Under the pieces are notes generated by a model. That model ran no database searches. It saw only the letters and a program-made list of their open reading frames with translations, and was not told the origin of the DNA. Shown here in pieces: positions 9,871 through 22,600 of a stretch of DNA of 64,000 bases (positions within the stretch are counted from its first letter, which is position 1; the number at the start of each line of letters is the position of its first letter). Both the position numbers and the translations under genes were made by a program. The stretch covers positions 98,332,001 through 98,396,000 of the forward strand of contig NC_042999.1 of assembly GCF_006345805.1 (NCBI RefSeq), written 5' to 3'. This DNA is from Octopus sinensis. Lineage: Eukaryota.

Positions 9871-10244
9871 TCATCATCATCATCATCGTTTAATGTCCAC
9901 TTTCCATGCTAGCATGGGTTGGACGATTTTGACTGAGGGCTGGCAAACCAGATGGCTGCACCAGGCTCCAATCTTGATCTGGCAGATTTCCTACAGCTGG
10001 ATGCCCTTCCTAATGCCAACCACTCCGAGAGTGTAGTGGGTGCTTTTTACGTGCCACAATAATAATAATAATAATAATCTTTTCTACTAAAGGCACAAGG
10101 CCTGAAATTTGGTGGGGGGAGTAGTTGATTACCTCAACCCTGGTGTTTCATGGGCACTTAATTTATTGACCCCCAAAAGGATGAAAGGAATTTGAACTCA
10201 GAGCATAGCGGCAGACGAAATACCATAAAGCATATATATATATC

Positions 10245-10500
10245 AATTTTTTTGTGTAATGAGATAAAAAAAACCAAGGCTGTATAGATATTAGAGCATT
10301 TATAGATGCTCTAATATCTATACAGCCTTGGTTTTTTATCTCATTATGCAAAAAATTCATATATACACATGCTGACATTGAACCAACGTTGAACACTTTA
10401 TTCGCAATATTACCGAATCTGGAACTTAACTATGGTCTGTCTATAGCACTTATTCAGCATTACCTGACACTTTTGGGTCTCAATAACACCATTATCTCTT
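10245..10500 (-). mobile_element. Second copy of the 9310-9870 family with a fold-back junction
   Basis: 10350-10500 matches about 9705-9850; 10245-10305 matches about 9318-9380; near-perfect hairpin centred on 10300-10305. Confidence 0.6.
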
Positions 10501-10700
10501 TATATATATATATATATATATGTATATACAAATTGAGATAGGGGTTGTAAATGCAACCCTCCATGGAATAACATATATCCAATATAGTGCTAGTGAAGTA
10601 CCCAACAAAGTTAATACATAAATGTTAAGGATTGCGATGCAATCAATTCATTTACTGTATTATATGGGCAAAGGTAAAATGATTTACCACAAATTACTAA

Positions 10701-11742
10701 TACAAGATAAGAAAATGGAGAAATACATCTAAATCAAATATCAATTACCAGATAATACTCAATCACATACTTTATTAAACCACCACATAAGAGACTGTAG
10801 CGTTAAACATAAAAAGCAGGACAAATCAGTGTACATAAAGGAATGTACATAAAAGAGTAATGTTGTATAATAAGTAGAATATATATAAAAAAGAGAATAT
10901 AAATATAAGTAAATATAAATATAAGTATAGATTACATCTTACAGCTGTTTCGGCCATGTAGATAAGTATGTCACATTTTACCAATATTAGCCTTTTATGG
11001 TAGGTCAATATATAGATATAAATGAGACATTTACAAAAATATCATTAAATATTATTAATAATATTATTAATAATTATTAATAATATTATGAATGATAATA
11101 ATGGTAGCATTAATGGTATTGACAACGATAATGATGCTAACTTTAATGACACTTTGGAAATTAGTAGGAAGTAATATATTGTACTATTGACTATGTATAT
11201 TTGCATCTAGGTACTAATATGTGTATGTTTATTATCACAATATTAAGTTGAAAAACTGAAGCATTGAATATGGAACATATATATGTTTACTAATTTATAT
11301 TATTTATTTACATTATTATGTATATGTATATTTTTATATGTATAGGAGTGTGAGTATATGCACTCATATGTATATGTATATCTCCGAAGAGGCCTTATGA
11401 TATTTTTGTAAATGTCTCATTTATATCTATATATTGACCTACCATAAAAGGCTAATATTGGTAAAATGAGACATACTTATCTACATGGCCGAAACAGCTG
11501 TAAGATGTAATCTATACTTATATTTATATTTACTTATATTTATATTCTCTTTTTTATATATATTCTACTTATTATACAACATTACTCTTTTATGTACATT
11601 CCTTTATGTACACTGATTTGTCCTGTTTTTTTATGTTTAACCCTACAGTCTCTTATGTGGTGGTTTAATAAAGTATGTGATTGAGTATTATCTGGTAATT
11701 GATATTTGATTTAGAAGTAATTCTCCATTTTCTTATCTTGTA
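10701..11742 (+). mobile_element. ~1-kb fold-back element (345-bp inverted arms, 351-bp spacer) carrying HH-F
   Basis: 10701-11045 is the near-identical reverse complement of 11397-11742; geometry of a Penelope-type inverted pseudo-LTR; no ORF. Confidence 0.8.
11377..11509 (+). ncRNA. Type I hammerhead with U4C core and ~90-nt structured stem II (HH-F), predicted cleavage after GUA at 11502
   Basis: TATATCT-CCGAAGA-GGCC...GGCC-GAAA-C-AGCT-GTA-AGATGTA; 7-bp stem I with one G.U; inner helix ATGTCTCATTT/AAATGAGACAT. Confidence 0.72.
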
Positions 11743-11765
11743 CATATATATATATATATATATGT

Positions 11766-11875
11766 AGGCACAGAAGTGGCTGAGTGGTAAGTTGCTTGCT
11801 TACCAACCACATGGTCCCAGGCTCAGTCCCACTTCGTGTGAGTGGAAGAAGCCCGTTGTATATGTATGTATCTAA

Positions 11876-11935
<60 letters not shown>

Positions 11936-12165
11936 CACATGCATACATATATATGTGTGTGTGTTTTTGTGTGTCTGTGTTTGTCTCCCCCCATTGCTTG
12001 ATAACCAATGTTGGTGTGTTTATATCTGCGTAACTTAGAGGTTCGGCAAAAGGGGCTGATAGAATAAGTACTAGGGTTACAAAGAATAAGTCCAGAGGGT
12101 CGATTTGTTTGACTGAAGGTGGTGCTCCAGCATGCCCATACTCAAATGACTGAAACAAATAAAAG
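11766..12165 (+). mobile_element. SINE A copy with internal deletion
   Basis: Homology to 45535-45936. Confidence 0.8.
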
Positions 12166-12469
12166 AAAAAAGAATATATTTATATATATAGAAGCAATGA
12201 TGATCAATTTGTTAATAATAAACAATTATTAACTTCCTAATCTCCATTTCCTTTTCTTCTTTTAAATGGATATAAACTATCTATTTAATATATACCTGTT
12301 GTTTTACATTCCCCCAGAATACTAGGTATTGAACCAGTATTTCCTTGGATGCATCCATTCCTTCATGAGGTCAATTCTGTTTCTAATTAAATCATATCTA
12401 TCTATCTATCTATATATATATGTATATAAAGTTAATCCAAACAAAGACAAATAAATATAGATATGGATA

Positions 12470-12684
12470 GATAGATATGGCTGGTCAATGGGGTTATCCT
12501 GAGTTTTCATGTCAATAAAGCATTTAGCTTTACAGCGTTTCCTCAGACCCTAAAACCCATTGGCCTATGGCCTCTCTAGCAAGTGGCCTTTTCAGAGAAG
12601 CCATAGGCCAATGGTTTATAGGGTCTAAAGAAACACTATGGATGTGAAACCCAGGGTAACCCCATAGACCAGCCATATCTATCT
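12470..12684. repeat. ~215-bp imperfect hairpin (nested inverted repeats)
   Basis: Inner arms 12545-12577 / 12594-12626 (about 30/33 match), outer arms 12473-12513 / 12641-12680, 16-nt loop. Confidence 0.85.
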
Positions 12685-12754
12685 TTATCTGTATACTTTA
12701 CTGCTCCATAACTTAGATGTGCTTCTATTTCGGATTTATGATTTACTGAAGTTA

Positions 12755-12785
<31 letters not shown>

Positions 12786-12901
12786 GCACTCACACACACA
12801 CGCACATATGTAAGTATATAAGACTATAGGATTGTTTGAAAATAGTTTGGAACGAACTTCTAGGCCTATGAGTAACCTATGTTGCTTCATGGCTATAAAT
12901 A

Positions 12902-12972
<71 letters not shown>

Positions 12973-13063
12973 TTGTATGTATGTATGTGTGTGTGTGTGT
13001 GTGCGTGTTTGTTCTCTGACGACATATATCATTATCGTGTTTTATTCTATATATTGAATATAG

Positions 13064-13131
13064 GATAAGGAAAAACTACTGAATGATGAAAGATTGACCT
13101 TTTTTCACCATGGTAACATCTAAAAACCCAG
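13064..13131 (+). other. Candidate exon just upstream of RIOK3 (5' leader exon, or last exon of an upstream gene)
   Basis: Strong donor CAG|GTAAGC at 13132 and acceptor ttatttacgttttgtag ending 13231 define a 100-nt intron; tag acceptor at 13061-13063. Confidence 0.4.
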
Positions 13132-13435
13132 GTAAGCAGATTGCACAATCATGTGTTATATAGCCTATAAAAAAACTCTTCTGTATTGAAGTTAGGAAAA
13201 CTAACGCTTCTGCGTTATTTACGTTTTGTAGTTTGGCTTGAAGACTTGTCAAGAAGGGGGTGAGAGAAGCACCTGGCTCCCCTTCTCTCCATTTAGCTTG
13301 AATTAACTGGAAAAAAAAAAGTAGTTGTTGGAGAGGAAACTGACAACTCTCACCGAAGAAAAATATTTATTTTACGTCATACATCTGGAAGTGTGTCTTG
13401 TTTAATTTATTGTGTATATAATTTTTCATAATAAC

Positions 13436-13653
13436 ATGTCTGCTCCAGCGGAATCTTCTCCAGCAGTATTGGGATTTTATGGTGATAACAAGTCCCAGGA
13501 TGTTTCATTACCTCTCACACCTCCTACAGATAATGCATGGAATAAGAAATCTCCATGGGGAAAAGCTTCGAATTCGTGGCAGCAACCATGTAACTTGACC
13601 GAAGTTATGAGTGAACAACTAGCTTTAGAGTTGAGCCAAACAGATGTTAACAC
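13436..13653 (+). CDS. RIOK3: RIOK3 coding exon 1 (MSAPAESS...PWGK...[16 protein letters not shown])
   Basis: ATG at 13436; donor AC|gtaagt at 13654; SPW...VMSEQLAxEL is the RIOK3 N-terminal motif. Confidence 0.9.
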
Positions 13654-16600
13654 GTAAGTGAACTCCCCGACTTCTAATAATTTTTATAAATTATTTTAAC
13701 GGTGTATAATAACATCAAGTACTTTGATTGGAAAGCAGATAGCGTAATTAAAAAAAAATAATAATTAGGACAGAATTGACACCACTATTGTATTTGCTGT
13801 TGTTTAACAATGCCAGCACTGCTTGGGCATATGTTTTATCAAAGACATTCTAACAGAAATCATCCCGTATTTTTTGTATATGTATATATTCAGGACTATA
13901 TTCACCAATATGTTTCCTTTTAAATGCTGTTTGGTGTAGGTGAAAGGAAGTTTGGTTACTCTTTCTAGGATATTGAGCGACTTCAAAGAAGCACCCTCGT
14001 TTATGGTTAATTAAAACAAAACTAGCAAATAATTGTTCCATTTACAACTATCTCGTACTTCTAAAACTATCTCATACTTCTAAATCGAACATTATGATTA
14101 TCTTTCAAGGTAGAAGAATTTCTTATCAATATTTATTATTAGAGAGTTAGTACCCATGTGGGTGTTCTATTTTAACTAAAGTACACGGCAAACAAAATAC
14201 TTTCATTATTGAAACCATTTGTAACGGCATTATTTTCATGTACCCACGATACCATGTCAAATATATTGTATTTTTATGTCATAAACTACATATATAAATA
14301 GTACTATATGTCTAAATAACGTTATTAATAGGAGAAATAAAATTAGCGAAAATCTGTCCACTAGTGGAAAACTTATTACGTTTATTTTTATATATTTTTT
14401 TTACATCCGTTTCGTGAGACATGTGTAAAAGATATACCAGAGATGGGTACAGTTAACATTTCGAACTTTAATGTTTGTAGTTTAGGACACTAAAATAATA
14501 TTGTGAGAAAATGTTGATTGATAATTTTTTACGACGTTAGAATAACAATGTGAGAGAATAGAATTGTTATAGTAAGTGACAGTTAAAGCCATGACGAAAT
14601 ACTTTGCACTGTTTGATTACGTCCCTTTGTGCTCTGAGTTCAAATCCCATCGAAGTCAGCTTAGTATTTCATCCTTCGTTTCTTTGAGTTTATAAAATTA
14701 AGTAATGTTCTCTATCCTAAGAGCTTTTTACCTATAATAAAAATCATTATTGTTGAGAAACTGCCTTTCAGTATTTATTCGGCTCTTTACATTCTGTGTT
14801 CAAATTCCACTGAGGTCGACTAGTCCTTTCCATCAATCAAATACTTGAGTCGATGGTATCGACTCGGACCCTTCCCTCAAAATAGCTAGCCTTGTGCTTA
14901 GGTCAGAAACAATTATTATCAGGGCGGTGAGTTGGCAGCTCAAGAAATATATGACAGTCAAAGCTAATACATTAACAAGTATGGTTGCATGTTCAAGAAG
15001 TTTGCTTTGCAACCTCTTCATCCTGCTGTGCCACATTTCGGATAAGGTTCTTTTACCATTTCCTTGAGTCAACCAAGAAAAATAAAATTTGTTAGATGAG
15101 AAAGCTTTTGATCAGAGATGTTAGTGATGTAAAATCCTTAATATAACTGATCTTATTCTTTCGGGGATTTTGGAAATTTTTGATGAGTAAAAGTTTTAGC
15201 ATTTTAATCCTTCTCTTACCATATAGGAAATATACCACCTTTGTTTCAATTAATTTTGAAAGTAGTGAAAAATATATAAAAATAACTTTTTTTATTCAGC
15301 TGATGAAAATATTTTAAGTTAGATCAATTGAATAATAGAGAATTTGTGTCAGAACTGAGAGTGGTCCCAGACAGATTGGTATCAAAAGGCTTAAAGTTCC
15401 ATATACCTAATATCATCATCATCGTATAATGTCCGCTTTCCATGCTGCCTGGGTTGGATGGTTTGACAAGTCGGGAGGCTGCACCAGGCAGCAATCTGTT
15501 CTGGCAAGATTTCTACAGTTGGATGCCCTTCCTAATGCCAACCACTCCAAGAGTGTAGTGGGCCCTTTTTATGTGCCACCGGCATGGGAGCCAGTCAGGT
15601 GGGATTGGCATTGACCATACTCGAATGGTGCTTTTTACATGTCACCAGCATGGGAGCCAGTCAGGCAGCACTGGTATTGGCCATGACAATGGTTTCACTT
15701 GGCTCAACTGGTCTCAAGCACAGCATATTGCCTTTTAAATGGGCCAGTTATGCAATGCTGGTGTCAGCCACAGCTCTGATCTCATTTGGCTTGCTGGGTC
15801 TTCTCAAGCACAGTTAGGGAGTGGCATTTCCTCACACAGCTGTCCTCATCTATGCGTAACACATGACCATACCAGTACAGTGTCTCTCTTGCATACCACT
15901 TGTGATGCTTCTTATATCCAACTTTTCTCTCGAGGTGCTTACACTCTGTCGTGCATGCACACTGACATTACACATCCTGATACCTGAAACTTTACAAAAA
16001 AGTATGTTGAAAGAATTCCATATTGAGCATCCAGGGATCGCAAGGATGAAAGCGCTTAAGCATAGTTATGTGTATTGGTTGAAAATGGACAAGGAAGTTG
16101 AAAACGTAGTAAAAGGCTGCAGAGGATGTGCTCTGGCAGCAAAATTACCTACTAAAAAAATAGGAGCTTTGGCCAGAAGTAAAAAGTCCATGGTCAAGAC
16201 TACATATTGATTTTGTGGGTTTGTTAAATGGTTATTACTAAGTTGACAGCTTTACAAAATGGCCTGCAATTGTTAAGTACAAAAGACCAACCTCTGAAAC
16301 GGTAATAAATTTTTGCACGAATTATTTGCAAGATTTGGCATCCCAGACATGATTGTATCTGATAATGGAACACAATTTGAGTCCAGTGAATTTAGAAATT
16401 CTGTGAATGTTCATGGTAGAACATAAAATGATAGCACCTTACCATCCTAGATCAAATGGCCAGGCAGAGTGTTTTTGTGGACAAGAAAAGCAAACAAGGA
16501 AGTCACAGATGAAGTTGTTCTGCAGCAATTCTTAAGGGTATACAGGGTGATACCAAACCCCCAATACACCAGTAGGAAGCTCACCAGCAGAATTGATGTT

Positions 16601-19600
16601 TGCAAGGAAGGTGAAATCAGTTTTTGATAAACTGTTACCTGGTGAGGAAAGAAAAAGTATCAGGAAAGACAATCCAAAATTTTTCAAAATTGGTGATAAG
16701 GTGCACATAAGGTTGTATAAAAACGGAAAACAGAAGTGAGAAGAAGGCAAAATTACAAAGTACATAGGAAAAATGATGTATGGGTAAAAACAAAGAGGTA
16801 TTGAAAAACATGGAAACCAATTGAAGAAGAGATGCATAGAAAATGAACCAGACAGATTAGAAAAACTTATGGAATGGCTGTATGACACATTCCAGGTACC
16901 AACACCGTTATAGGTGGTTGAACCCATGTGTATAAGTAGAAGAAAAAGAACAACACAGAGTTCCTACACGTAGATGCCAAAAGAAGAAATATTAAGTTGT
17001 GTGGGGAATGCTTAAAAGGGAGGAGGGGTGAATAAAGTAAATTAAAAATTACTTGCTTCCCAAAGGAAAAAACAAAACTAAAAGGGAGATGTAGTGAAAA
17101 TGGCATTCCTTTCCCATATGACAAAGTGGTATGAACCAGCCACTATAAAGGTAGACAGTCAGTTGTTGTAGGAGGTCAGTAGTAGTAGTAGTCATATGAG
17201 TTCTCAGTTGGAGTCAGTGTCAATTACATGTTATATACAAGTTTGAGTTACTGTCTAGGTAAATGTTTCAGAGCTATCAGCGATAGCATAATAGATGAGT
17301 CAAAGATCATAAGATGCAAGATACCGCCACAGCATAATAGTAGTGACAAGAATATTACAGTGCCGACAATAACATACAAGCGGATGAGGATCCACGTTAT
17401 AACAATGACAAAAGTTGCTAATGAGAGTATGAAGATTTTATTAGAAATGAGAAAATAACAGGAAAATCAAAAAAAAAATTATATTTATCACTCCCTGATT
17501 ATTATACAAGTTTGATTGCTTTTAATTTGCATAATATATTGTAGTCAGTGATTCACTTGTTATTCTACTTCATGCTTTTTCTACTATAAATGCTCCGTCT
17601 AATTTCACAAATTCACACAGGCCCATGTGTGAATATGCAGGTTATCTACAATTTTTAAAGGTTTTCAAGGGACAATGGGTTTAGTTTATGCAAAAGCTAC
17701 ACATTTACAACATATTTGACACTTCTGTTTGAAAGTTACAAATGCACACAATAAGCATTATTATTCACATTCACTGCAAAAGTTCCTAATGATCAATATT
17801 TCTTGTATCGTCATAAGAAAGCATCAACACACTTTGATCTGAATTTTCATTCTGTAAATTCAAATTATTTGTGTTTTGTTCCTTTTCGATCAATAAATAC
17901 ACACATGCAGTGTTATAAGTAATTAGGCTAAAGTTGAATACTTGATACCTGTCATTAAGTTGAATATAAAACATAAAAGTGGAAAATATGAAGTAGAATA
18001 ATTAATAATGGAATAAGTGTAAATACATTTAGTGTGGCACGTAAAAGGCACCATCCGACCGTGGCCGTTTGCCAGCTCCGTCTGGCAGCTGTGCTGGTGG
18101 CACGTAAAAAGCACCCACTGCACTCACAGAGTGGTTGGCATTAGGAAGGGCATCCAGCCGTAGAAACATTGCCAGATCAGACTTCTGGCTTCCCAGACCC
18201 CAGTTGAACCGTCCAACCCATGCTAGCATGGAAAGTGGACGCTAAATGATGATGATGACACGAGCGTGATCGTTACCAACGTCGCTTCACTGACGCCTGT
18301 GCTGGTGGCACGTGTAAAAAAGATTCGAGCGAGGTCGTTGCCAGTACTGCCTGACTGGTGCCGGTGGCATGTAAAAAGCACCCACTACACTCTCAGAGCA
18401 GTTGGCGTTAGGAAGGGCATCCAGCTGTAGAAACACTGCCAGATCAAGATTGGAGCCTGGTGCAGCCATCTGGTTCACGAGCCCTCGGTCAAAATCGTCC
18501 AACCCATGCTATCATGGAAAGCGGACGTTAACCGATGATGATGATGACACATAGTGTATTATGTATATTGTAATCAAGAAAAGGAGAAAGTTTGGTTACC
18601 AGAATTTATAAACGTAATACTTGTTCAGTATTTTGAGATAGGTAAGACAGCAGAATGTACTTTTGTAAAAAATAAGCAGAATGACTTCAGCTTGTGTTAA
18701 ATGATTTAGAAAGTAAGTCATATAAAAAAGAACAAATTTCAGAGCTTTAAGTGGTTAAGTGTTGCTTATGAAAAAAGCATATATGCAAATACACATAGCA
18801 TATTATATATATTGATGCCTGAGTTGTTTTAATGACAGTTTTATATATTTTGCACTACATATATTTTTTTTTAACTAGATACTGGCTCAGTATAGGTGAG
18901 AAGTATAGTCAAATGAGTTGATTACTGTATAGTACTAAGCTTATTTCATCAACCTAAATGTGAAGAAAAGCAAAGTTGATACTGACTTGATTTGATCACA
19001 AAATACTATTGAGCATTTTATACCATTTCTATGAAATCATTGTCCTTTTTGTCAACTTAATACTCTTCATAATACTCTTTTACTTGTTTGACTGTGGCCA
19101 TGCTGGAGCACCACTTTTAGTTGAGCAAATCGCCCCCAGGAATTATTCTTTGTAAGCCCAGTACTTATTCTATAATCCTCTTTTGCTGAACTGCTAAATT
19201 ACGGGGACGTAAACACACCAGCATCGGTTGTCAAGCGATGTTGGGACAAACACAGGATACACACACACACACATAAATATATACGACAGGTTTCTTTCAG
19301 TTTCCGTCCACCAAATCCACTCACAAGGCTTTGGTCAGCCCGAGGCTCTAGTAGAAGATACCTGCCCAAGGTGCCACGCAGTGGGGCTGAACCCGGAACC
19401 ATGTGGTTTGTAAGCAAGCTACTTAAGACACAGCCACTCCTACGCCTATAGTATAAACCTGCTTTAAAATATTTATTCATTACGAAAAATACTTGCCATT
19501 TAATATACTTCTTCATGTCTATGATTTTAGACACTTTCAGCAATTTAATTTGTTTTTTTTTCTCTTTACTCTCCAGTGATTTTGATGAGCGTCTGGTTAA

Positions 19601-22600
19601 TTTTATGGCCTCTAGCGCATGCAACTCTAATGCACAATCTGACAAAGAAATTCAAGAGGCTAATGACGAGCTATTAGCAAAGATGTTACAACAACAGCTA
19701 GATGAAGAGGATAACAAACAAATTAAGTTAGAAGAAAGGAAATACAATGGTAACAATAAAGGTAGTATGTTCTTCATAATTAGTTTTATTTCTAAAATGT
19801 GTATTCTGTTAACTGAGCTATGAGTTTTGTGATCTCTTCTATTTTTCCACCTTTATGCTTCCATCAGCATTCAAATGAGCTCCTAATTATCTCTGTCTCT
19901 AAGCTGGTTGGAGTGTTGAAAAAAATGTACTTTGTGCTATTTGTTCTGGCTCTTTATCTCCTGAGTTCAAATCCTATCAAGATCAGCTTCATCTTTCATC
20001 ATTTCGAGATCGTTAAAATAAAGTACCATTTAAGTACTGGGGTTGTTGATACTCATTAACTTCTTCCTCTCAAAAATTGCTAGCCTTGTATCTAAATTAG
20101 GAACCTTTATTTTTTTTCTCCCTCTCCCTCTTTAGTAAAATTTCTTGCTTTGTGCCTGGCTTTCTCTCAGCTCAGTTTCAGTGAGGCAGACATCCACATA
20201 TTTTCATTTGACAGTTTTGCTCAGAATTTGTTTTTGGTTTTAAACAACGATGAAAACCCAGTGATAATGAGAAGGAGACAGGAAAAGACACCCCACACAT
20301 TTTCTAACATACAAGTTGCATTTAACTGGTTGTGATTACTCCAAATTTCTAGTGTTTTTACAAGCATTGTGGACAATTGCAGTTTCTCTTCCATATTCTT
20401 TGGGATACATATACACCAGTTTGACAATTCATTGATTAAACCATAAGATAAAAAAAATAAAATTAAAAAAAAACCATCCTGCTGGTTTAGAAATGAATGA
20501 TCATCTTAGATAATGTAGTCTGAGATACACTATCTGATCCTATTCCCCAAGTGGAATAATCAGAACTGGAATGCTTTTGATCAAAGGTCTGCTCAATCAT
20601 CTCTGACTTGGGGCCATAGTAACATCATCTGCAAACTATCTGAATTCAGTTGAAATTTTTATTAATTTTCCAATTTTTTTCTCTTTGTAGTTTCTATATC
20701 ATATGAAAAGTATTGTTCAACACCTTTATCTGGTTATGAGGAATCTTATGACTTCTCAGATGATGATGAGAATAATAATTATGATGGTTTCGGTGGCCGT
20801 AAAAAGACTGAATGGGGTAAGTATTTTCAAAATTAGTTTCCTGTGTTTGAACACTGTTCTGTTGGCTCAGTAGTTTAATAATGTTTTTTTTTCAATATTT
20901 ATTTTTATATTCTTTTAAAATCAGTAGAAGATGGTGAATAACAGCATTGCTGGCTACAGGTTTCCAATGGGCCAATACTAGACCACTGCATTTCTAATGG
21001 TGAGAATGACAAGGGAGTGTCTCTAATTTAGCAAAGAACAAACATCCCAAGGGTTTTGTTCCTATTACTTTAACTTTTCACTATTCTCACCAATCTTAAT
21101 ATCTTTCACCAATGAATATGAGCGAAAGATATACATACAAGACAGTAGTTTGGTGGAGTCATTAGAGTATTGGAAAAAATGCCTAGCAGTATTTGTTCTT
21201 GCTTTCTCTGATCTGAGTTCAAATCCTGCTATGGTCAACTTTGACTTTCATCCTTTTGGGGTCAGTAAAATATAGTTATAATGCAGAGCAATAGATAAGC
21301 AGAACTGTTGGTGTTATATGAAATGGTTTGCAGTGTTTGTTCTGGCTCTTTACCTTCTGAATTCTTGGGTAGTATATATAATCAGTTGCTCAGTATAATG
21401 CCACCATGTGATCCTTGTGTGCCTTTAATGGACTGCAGGTCCAGTTTCTAATCTGAAGATTATTTACATGCTTCTCATCATTTGGGGTCATTGAGAATAA
21501 TAAAGGTTTGTGAGTACAGTAATCCCTCACCATATTGTGGTTCACCTATCACTGTTTATTATTTAAGCTTACGTCAGTTCCTTCGTGGTATTGTTTTGCA
21601 TTTATAATAAAATAAATGTATACAAATTATAAAAATTATTAAAAAAAATATACAGTTACTGTTTCTACTGTGTGGATTTTCACCTGTCACTGGGGTTTTG
21701 GAACATAACACCTGCGATAGTCATGGAATTACTGTACTACCTTTCCCCTCTCTGACTGGACAGAAATATACACCATACATACATACATACACATTTAACA
21801 TTGGCTAAAACTCAAGAAAATTGATGCCTCAGCACGAACATAATGCTAATAATTGAAACTGGTAAAATATACAAGAATATGTAACCTATGACATATGGAC
21901 AGTTTATGCTGGAAAAATACTTTTGTTTCAATAAGTTTAGCTGAATTTGCATTCATGTCCATTTTCTCTGAACTTTTGGTTTGTTCAGAGTGGTTTGTTC
22001 GTCATTATTTTTGATATCCTAGAATAAATTTAAAAAAAAAAAGAGGTATCTTAGTGATTTATTAGTGTGCTACTAATGATAGTAAATATATTGGAAATCT
22101 TTGTAGAGTAGTTAAAAACAGATAAGTATAAATGTTGATTATGACTCATTTAATTAATATTGATTCATAATTAAACTGGGAATCATGGGAATTTTATATT
22201 TCCTGCTTTTTATAATTCTGTTGCTCTCAACTATTATTTTAGTCAATTTTGTATATATATATATATATATATATAAGTTTAACATCTGTGAAATTTATAT
22301 TTTTATACTTTTTCTAATTCTAAATATGTTATTCCCAACTCAGCCAATTTTTGCCAATCTTACATATTAAAACTGAAAATGTATATATGTGTGTATCGGA
22401 ATATCCTGATTTTGCGCCAAAATGGCTCAATTGATTTTTTTTAAAACTTCACACACATGCACATTGCTTATGTGTCTGGGGAGGTTTTAAGTGTGAATTG
22501 ATTCCAAAAAAATGTTTGGGTAAACAGTGGGGAGAGAATAGCATTTGGACATGAGTGAATGGTGGGTGTAATGATTTTTAAGCTTCCAAGGGAAATAACC

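Noticed and set aside
20950-20995. Minus-strand CAGTGG...CCATTG-GAAAC-CT-GTA resembling half a hammerhead
   Set aside because: No CUGANGA-like core and no stem I partner
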